Of a stretch of DNA of 12,551 nt, positions 6,850 to 12,551 are shown piece by piece (the first letter of the stretch is position 1; each line of letters begins with the position of its first letter). The notes under the pieces were generated by a model. That model did not search any database. It worked only from the letters and a program-made list of their open reading frames with translations, and was not told the origin of the DNA. Origin of the DNA: Azolla caroliniana (lineage: Eukaryota > Plantae > Polypodiophyta); the NCBI GenBank assembly GCA_043228905.1, contig JBHGNT010001052.1:1-12551 (forward strand). The letters are read 5' to 3'. A program made the position numbers and the translations under genes.

Positions 6850-7698
6850 TGAATCACTTGTACCCCTTTTGCTCCAGTGAGTACCCTACAAGGATAGATT
6901 TCTCCGACTTCGGGTCGAGCTTTTGTCGCTTCTCGTCGGGGATGTGCACCTATGCAATGGAGCCGAATATCCAAACATGTGACAGATTCGGCTTCTGCCC
7001 ATAGTATTTCTCGTGCGAGCTGACCTCAGGCACTCCAAATGTTGTCCACCGGTTCATGGGGAAGACGACGGTATTTGTAGCTTCTGCCCAATATGACTTA
7101 GGCATATGCTTCTCGTTGAGCATGGCTTGTGCTACCTCGAGGATGTGCCGATTCTTTTGTTCGGCTACACCGTTCTGTTGTGGTGTGTGTCGGCAAGTGA
7201 ATTCTCGCCAAATTCCTTCTTTTCGAAGATATGTTGTGAATGCATCAAAGAAGTATTCCTTTCCTCCGTCTGACCGGAGACATCGTACATGATGCCCAGT
7301 TGTCTTTTGGACTTCGCTTTTGAATTTTTGGAAGTGTGTAAACACTTCGCTCTTCATCCTCATGGGAAAGATCCATGTGTATCTAGAGAAGTCATTGATG
7401 AAGGTAACATAGTACCGACATCCTCCGAATGTAGCCGTCTGTGCCGGTCCCCACACATCTGAGTGGACCACGTCCAATAGGCCTTTGTTCACGTACCTCT
7501 TCTTCGGGAACAGGTGCCAGTGTTGCTTGCCGAGTTGGCATGCTTCACATACTCCTTCAATCTCTTTCTCTTTGAAGGTCGGGAGCCCGATGAAGACTCC
7601 TTTTGATTGCATCGCCTTGAGTTTGTTGAGATTGATATGGCCGATTCTCCTAAACCCTGAGTGATGAGTCGGCCTTCCTTCTCGATGAAGCAACCACC
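6850..7698 (-). pseudogene. Copia pre-integrase zinc finger + integrase core remnant
   Basis: RRIGHIN...CEACQLGKQH; VHSDVWGP; YYVTFIND; CLRSDGGKEY; TPQQNGVAEQKNR (ORF 6950-7711, whose N-terminus is chimeric with the inserted LTR). Confidence 0.9.
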
Positions 7699-8070
7699 TG
7701 TTGAGAATCAACGCTCCGATTCTTCTTCACCGCTCGGCCACAACCGAGTAAGCACGAATCAATGCAGCAGAAAATAGGAAACCACAGAGAGAAACACGAT
7801 AACACGGGGATTAACGTGGAAAACCCTAAACGGGAAAAACCACGGGAGTACAAGACTCCGAACCACCACTATACACAGAGAAGTATACAATGGCGAGCTG
7901 CAAGGCGACGACCTTGAGCTCGCTATCCTCGCCACAGGCGGCGGTATTACACAGAGGCGTCGACCTCTCCCTCTCTCTCTCGCTCTCTCTCTCGGCTGCT
8001 CTCACTTCGCTCCCTCTAAATGGAAAACAGAAAAATGAGCAACAACTACACAGTGTTTGCCCTAAGTCAT

Positions 8071-8077
8071 ATTTATA
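8071..8077 (-). promoter_or_regulatory. Putative LTR TATA box (TATAAAT)
   Basis: The - strand reads GTGTATAAATATG mid-LTR, upstream of a GA-rich leader. Confidence 0.6.
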
Positions 8078-8180
8078 CACATATGACTTTCGGTCTATTT
8101 ACAAATATAGCCTCAAGGGCCCTTGGCAAACATATTCACAAATATGTCCCCACATCCGGATCTCTCTACGGGTACATTCG

Positions 8181-8340
8181 TCATCCGGCTCCGTAGCCGG
8201 GGTCTCCATCATCCGGCTCCGTAGCCGGGGTCTCCATCATCCGGCTCCGTAGCCGGGGTCTTCATCATCCGGCTCCGTATCCGGGTACTCTTCATCCGGC
8301 TTCATGCCGGGTACTCTTCATCCTCCGGTTCCGTAACCGC
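8181..8340. repeat. 28-bp tandem repeat in LTR U3
   Basis: TCATCCGGCTCCGTAGCCGGGGTCTCCA at 8181, 8209 and 8237 (1 change), with diverging copies at 8265, about 8292 and about 8318. Confidence 0.9.
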
Positions 8341-8400
8341 AACCGGGCTTGCCGTCATTCATCTCCGGACATCCCATCCGGAGGGACCGATATCCCAACA

Positions 8401-8410
8401 AACTCCCCCT
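8401..8410 (-). other. Polypurine tract of young copia
   Basis: The - strand reads (TGA)AGGGGGAGTT immediately before the LTR TGTTGGG. Confidence 0.9.
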
Positions 8411-11400
8411 TCACTTCGGCATGGGATGTCTCTCCAATCCGATCCTCTTCCGGCATGCTTCCAGCTTGTCGGGTGTGAGTACTTTGGTCAGCATATCTGA
8501 CCCGTTCTCGTCCGTGTGGATCTTCGTCAGCACGAACTCCTTGTCTTCTATCCTTTCCCGGATCCAGTGGTATCTACGCTGGATGTGTTTCGTCCGGGAA
8601 TGGTAGGCAGCGTTCTTTGCAAGGTGGATGGCACTCTGACTGTCGCAGTAGAGTCGGTACTCCTCCTGCCGGATACCGAGCTCTCTAATGAAGTCCTTCA
8701 TCCATATTATTTCCTTGCCGGCTTCAACGGCCGCCATGTACTCCGCCTCCGTGGTTGACAACGCAACCGTCTTCTGCAGCCTTGACTGCCACGAAACGGC
8801 TCCCCCTGCATACGTCATCACATACCCTGATGTGGACCGGCTGGTATCTGCATCAGCCGACATATCCGAATCGGTGAAGCCGTCGAGTTCGGGCTTACCG
8901 GAGCCGAATCGGAGGCACACGTTTGCCGTGCCCTTCAGGTATCGGAGTATCCACTTGGCCGCGTTCCAATGCTCTTTGCCGGGATTGCTCATGTACCGGC
9001 TCACCACTCCGACTGCATATCCGATGTCCGGTCTCGTACACACCATGGCGTACATCAAGCTCCCGACGGCTGAGGCATACGGCACTTTCATCATATCCTC
9101 CTTTTCAGCCTTTGTCTTGGGACTTTGCTTGCTGGACAGCTTGCAGTTTGCCGGGAGGGTCGATCCGACCGGTCTTGCTTCCGACATGTTGAACCGTTTA
9201 AGCACCTTTGTCACGTACTTCTCCTGTGACAGCCACAACTGCTTCTTGCTCCGGTCCCGGATGATGTGCATCCCTAGTATTTGTCTCGTCGGACCCAAGT
9301 CCTTCATTGAGAAGGTTCGGTGAAGAGCCTTCTTCAGCATCCGTATCTTGACCTGGTCCCGTCCGACGATCAACATGTCGTCCACGTACAGGAGGAGTAT
9401 TAGAAAGTCTCCTCCTTCGAACTTCTTCACAAACACGCAGTGATCGGACTGCGTTTTGTGGTACCCTTCGTCTGTCATGAAGGAGTCGAACTTCCGGTAC
9501 CATTGCCGGGGAGCCTGCTTCAGACCGTAAAGGCTCTTCTTCAACCGACATACCAGGTGCTCCTTCCCTTTCTTCTCGAATCCTTCCGGTTGCTGCATGT
9601 AGATCTCTTCCTCGAGGTCACCGTGAAGGAATGCCGTCTTCACGTCCATCTGTTCTACCTCGAGGTCCATGCTTGCCGCTATGCTCAGCACCATCCGGAT
9701 GGAGGTCATCTTCACTACCGGGGCAAATATCTCGTCGAAGTCGACGCCCTTCTTCTGCTGAAACCCCTTCACCACGATCCTGGCTTTGTATCTCGGGGGG
9801 TTTCCGGCATCTCCCGGTTTCAGCTTGAACACCCACTTGTTACGGAGTGCCCGTTTTCCTTTCGGCAACTCCACAAGTTCATATGTGTGGTTCTCATGCA
9901 GGGAATCCATCTCCTCCTGCATGGCACTTAACCACCTGCGGCTATGGGTGTCATGCTTCGCTTCTTCAAAGCTCTCCGGCTCCCCCTCGTCGGTTAGCAG
10001 CACGTGCTCTGGTTCCGGAAATCTCCGGGGGGCCCTTCTCTCTCTTAGAGGATATCTCCGTTCCGGAGCTTCGGTAACCGGTTCTTCCGATTCTTCTTCA
10101 TCCGAATCCATTTCGGGATCAGGGCCGGTTCCGGTATCATTTTCATCTTCTTCGGCCGGTTCCGTTTCTTCACCATCTTCGGCCGGATCTTCGAGTGTTA
10201 ACCGGTCCCTTGCCGGTCGGGACTGCTCCTCGTAGAGTTGATCCTCACCGGTCGACTTGGAGCTCTTCATCTTCTTCTCCGACTCCCAGTCGGCGAGTGT
10301 CTTGTCCTCCATGAAGATGATATCTCGACTCCTGAATATCTTCCTGTCGACCGGGTCCCATACTCGGTAGCCGAACTCGTCATCGCCGTAACCGAGGAAT
10401 ATGCATGGCCGGGTCTTTGGATCTAGCTTTCCTCTCCGGTCCTTTGCCACATGCACATATGCGAGACACCCGAATACCTTCAGATGCCGGTAGGACACTT
10501 CCTTACCGGTCCACACTTTCTGCGGCGTGTCTCCGTCCAAAGGCACTGAGGGTGATCTATTTATCACATACGTCGCCGTCGACATTGCCTCAGCCCAAAA
10601 TCCCTTGGGTAATTTCGCATGCGCCAGCATACTCCGGACCCTCTCCATTATGGTCCGGTTCATCCTCTCGGCCAGCCCGTTCAGTTCCGGCGTCTTCGGC
10701 ACAGTAAACTCGAGCCGGATTCCCTTCGAGCGACAGTACTCCGCGAACTGCCCCCGGTATTCCCCTCCGTTATCCGCTCGTATCGCTTTCAGCTTCTTGC
10801 CGGATTCCCTTTCCACTCTCGCGTGGAGTTCTTTGAAGACGCACAACACTTGGTCCTTTGTCTTCAACGGTGCCGTCCACAGCTTCCGGCTGTGGTCATC
10901 AATGAATGTCACGAAGTACTGGGCTCCGCCATGTGACTTCGTTTCTACTTGACACACGTCAGTGTGCACCAACTCCAATGGTGCGCTACGTCTCGTCGGT
11001 GGCCTTGAGTGGAAGGAGGTTCGGTTCTGTTTACCGGCCAGGCAATCGGTGCACTTCTGCAGGTGCACATGCTTCACTGGAATGAGGTTGTCTTCTGCAA
11101 GCCTCTTCATCCCCTTCTCACTCATGTGGCACAGTCTCTTGTGCCACAGCTCACCGGCAGTGTCGGCTGCCACGTTCAACTCTTCCGGACACAACCGGGC
11201 ATTCATAAGGTACAGTGTGTTGACTTTCCGGGCCCGAGCCACTATCAGGCTCCCTTTGCTGAACTTCATAACACCGTTCCGGATGCTACCCGTGTAGCCT
11301 TCATCGTCTAGCCTCCCGGCCGAAATCAGGTTCAATCGAACCTCCGGAACGTGTCGGACATCCTTCAGCAGCATCTTGCATCCGGTTGATGTCATCAGCC

Positions 11401-12484
11401 ACACGTCTCCTATGCCGGCAATCCGGCATGTACCTTCATTTCCCATCCGGACACAGCCGTGCTCCCCGGCTGTGTAGGATGAGAAGTATTTCTTCTCCGG
11501 GGTCAGGTGGAACGACGCTCCGGAATCGACCACCCAGGTCATCTCTTCACCGGCAAGGTTCAGCTCCCTCTCTTCGGTAATGAGCATTATCTCTTCTTCA
11601 CTTGCCGCGAGTGCCGTTGTTCCTTTCCGGTCCTGCCCTCGCCGATCCGAACCTCTCCGGTCCGTGGCTCCCCGGTATGCACCGTTTCTCTCCGGTGACT
11701 TCTTCGAATCGGTGTCGTCGGCTCCGTTGTCTTTTCGGTAATGCCGACAATTCTTTCGGAAGTGCCCCGGCTTCCCACAGTGGAAGCATGTGGGCCTTCC
11801 TCTTGACTGCGACCGGGTCCCCGACTTCTCCCGTCTTTGCGGACTCCGGTTCCATTGTCTTCCCCGATCCGATTCGGTAAGCAGCGCCTTCGAGTCGGAG
11901 GCCGGTTCTTTATCTCTCCGACGCGCTTCTTCGTTCAAAATACTTGTCTTTACCGTTTGTAGAGACAAGTTATCTTCGGTGCAGGAGGTGCTGAGAGTCA
12001 CCACCAAGTTCTCCCAGCTTTCCGGCAATGTACACATCAGAATGATGGCTTGCATTGCATCCTCCAGCGGGAACTTGATCGCCGCAAGCTGGTTCACGAA
12101 TCCCATGAACGTGCTTACGTGTTCCACCATACTCTCGCCGTCCCGGTACTTGAGGTTCACTATCTTCCTCATCAGGGAGGTCCGGTTCAACGCATTCTTC
12201 CTCTCATAGAGGCCCGACAGCTTCCGCCACATCTCATATGCGTTGATGTCGTTCGCCACATGTTGTAGAACGCTCACGTCGACGTATTGCCGAATGGTTG
12301 CAACGGCTTTCCGGTTCAGAAGCCTCCATTCCGACTCAAGTACCCCCTTCGGTATTTCCGACCTGTCAATCGGTTCGTACAGGTCCCGAACAATCAGAAG
12401 ATCCTCCATCTTGATCTTCCAGTCGGCGTAATTCTGCGCATTCAGCACCATCATCCCCGGCTGCCCGCTGCTGCCGCCTTCCAT
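8411..12484 (-). CDS. Copia gag-pol polyprotein, 1357 aa (gag, CCHC knuckle, aspartic protease, integrase, RT, RNase H)
   Basis: ATG 16 nt after the PBS (MEGGSS...). Motifs: CFHCGKPGHFRKNC; WVVDSGAS; LWHKRLCH...CTDC; VHTD/ADNGGEY/LNGLAE; YKARIVVKGF; QMDVKTAFLHG; LYVDDM; FTDSD; STTEAEY; RTKHI; SDMLTK. No internal stop. Confidence 0.97.
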   Translation of the reverse strand: MEGGSSGQPGMMVLNAQNYADWKIKMEDLLIVRDLYEPIDRSEIPKGVLESEWRLLNRKAVATIRQYVDVSVLQHVANDINAYEMWRKLSGLYERKNALNRTSLMRKIVNLKYRDGESMVEHVSTFMGFVNQLAAIKFPLEDAMQAIILMCTLPESWENLVVTLSTSCTEDNLSLQTVKTSILNEEARRRDKEPASDSKALLTESDRGRQWNRSPQRREKSGTRSQSRGRPTCFHCGKPGHFRKNCRHYRKDNGADDTDSKKSPERNGAYRGATDRRGSDRRGQDRKGTTALAASEEEIMLITEERELNLAGEEMTWVVDSGASFHLTPEKKYFSSYTAGEHGCVRMGNEGTCRIAGIGDVWLMTSTGCKMLLKDVRHVPEVRLNLISAGRLDDEGYTGSIRNGVMKFSKGSLIVARARKVNTLYLMNARLCPEELNVAADTAGELWHKRLCHMSEKGMKRLAEDNLIPVKHVHLQKCTDCLAGKQNRTSFHSRPPTRRSAPLELVHTDVCQVETKSHGGAQYFVTFIDDHSRKLWTAPLKTKDQVLCVFKELHARVERESGKKLKAIRADNGGEYRGQFAEYCRSKGIRLEFTVPKTPELNGLAERMNRTIMERVRSMLAHAKLPKGFWAEAMSTATYVINRSPSVPLDGDTPQKVWTGKEVSYRHLKVFGCLAYVHVAKDRRGKLDPKTRPCIFLGYGDDEFGYRVWDPVDRKIFRSRDIIFMEDKTLADWESEKKMKSSKSTGEDQLYEEQSRPARDRLTLEDPAEDGEETEPAEEDENDTGTGPDPEMDSDEEESEEPVTEAPERRYPLRERRAPRRFPEPEHVLLTDEGEPESFEEAKHDTHSRRWLSAMQEEMDSLHENHTYELVELPKGKRALRNKWVFKLKPGDAGNPPRYKARIVVKGFQQKKGVDFDEIFAPVVKMTSIRMVLSIAASMDLEVEQMDVKTAFLHGDLEEEIYMQQPEGFEKKGKEHLVCRLKKSLYGLKQAPRQWYRKFDSFMTDEGYHKTQSDHCVFVKKFEGGDFLILLLYVDDMLIVGRDQVKIRMLKKALHRTFSMKDLGPTRQILGMHIIRDRSKKQLWLSQEKYVTKVLKRFNMSEARPVGSTLPANCKLSSKQSPKTKAEKEDMMKVPYASAVGSLMYAMVCTRPDIGYAVGVVSRYMSNPGKEHWNAAKWILRYLKGTANVCLRFGSGKPELDGFTDSDMSADADTSRSTSGYVMTYAGGAVSWQSRLQKTVALSTTEAEYMAAVEAGKEIIWMKDFIRELGIRQEEYRLYCDSQSAIHLAKNAAYHSRTKHIQRRYHWIRERIEDKEFVLTKIHTDENGSDMLTKVLTPDKLEACRKRIGLERHPMPK

Positions 12485-12500
12485 TTTCTGCACTGCCGTC

Positions 12501-12512
12501 GCTCTGATACCA
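12501..12512 (-). other. Primer-binding site, tRNA-iMet
   Basis: TGGTATCAGAGC, 3 nt after the LTR end. Confidence 0.95.
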
Positions 12513-12515
12513 CTT

Positions 12516-12551
12516 TGTTGAGAATCAACGCTCCGATTCTTCTTCACCGCT
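12516..12551 (-). repeat. 5' LTR of young copia (U5 end, partial)
   Basis: TGTTGAGAATCAACGCTCCGATTCTTCTTCACCGCT, identical to 7699-7734. Confidence 0.95.

Larger units (their letters stand above)
4918..7698 (-). mobile_element. Old decayed Ty1/copia element (pol region: integrase-RT-RNase H), no 3' LTR visible
   Basis: INT-RT-RH domain order on the - strand with stops, frameshifts and deletions. It is cut at 7698/7699 by the young copia LTR. Confidence 0.9.
7699..8400 (-). repeat. 3' LTR of young copia (702 bp)
   Basis: TGTTG...CAACA termini, adjacent PPT, and a match to 12516-12551. The candidate TSD is CCACC (7694-7698). Confidence 0.95.
7699..12551 (-). mobile_element. Young, apparently intact Ty1/copia element (Tnt1/Tto1-like, probably Tork lineage); 5' LTR runs off the window
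   Basis: Complete 3' LTR, PPT, uninterrupted gag-pol and PBS. The visible 36 nt of the 5' LTR are identical to 7699-7734. Lineage is inferred from resemblance of the gag N-terminus, not from a search. Confidence 0.95.

Noticed and set aside
7964-7993. (CT)n microsatellite, also at about 843-860
   Set aside because: Ordinary low-complexity tract within LTRs.
8516-12431. Numerous + strand ORFs (up to 211 aa) opposite gag-pol
   Set aside because: Antisense shadows of a GC-rich coding frame with no recognisable motifs.
12485-12547. N-terminal extension MKKNRSVDSQQSGIRATAVQK of the 1378-aa ORF
   Set aside because: It starts at a GTG inside the LTR and crosses the PBS. The ATG at 12484 is the plausible start.

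Overview
Eukaryotic, plant-like repetitive DNA with no host protein-coding gene that I can support. Left (1-2538): the 3' end of a Ty3/gypsy element (+ strand; integrase GPY/F tail and a 643-bp LTR) inserted in antisense into the decayed gag of a related gypsy element (- strand; 602-bp 5' LTR, tRNA-Trp-type PBS). Middle (2539-4917): an AT-rich spacer with a MITE-like foldback element, followed by a tandem array of eight degenerate tRNA-Pro-derived units on the - strand. Most spacers in the array carry a conserved palindrome resembling a Pol III B-box. Right (4918-12551): an old, decayed Ty1/copia pol with no visible 3' LTR, which ends almost exactly at the 5' end of a tRNA-Pro copy. A young, intact Tnt1/Tto1-like copia element is nested in it (702-bp LTR, 1357-aa gag-pol, tRNA-iMet PBS, strongly CCGG-rich). 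The tRNA-Pro/palindrome array and its junction with the old copia are the least explained features. All alignments and counts were done by eye.
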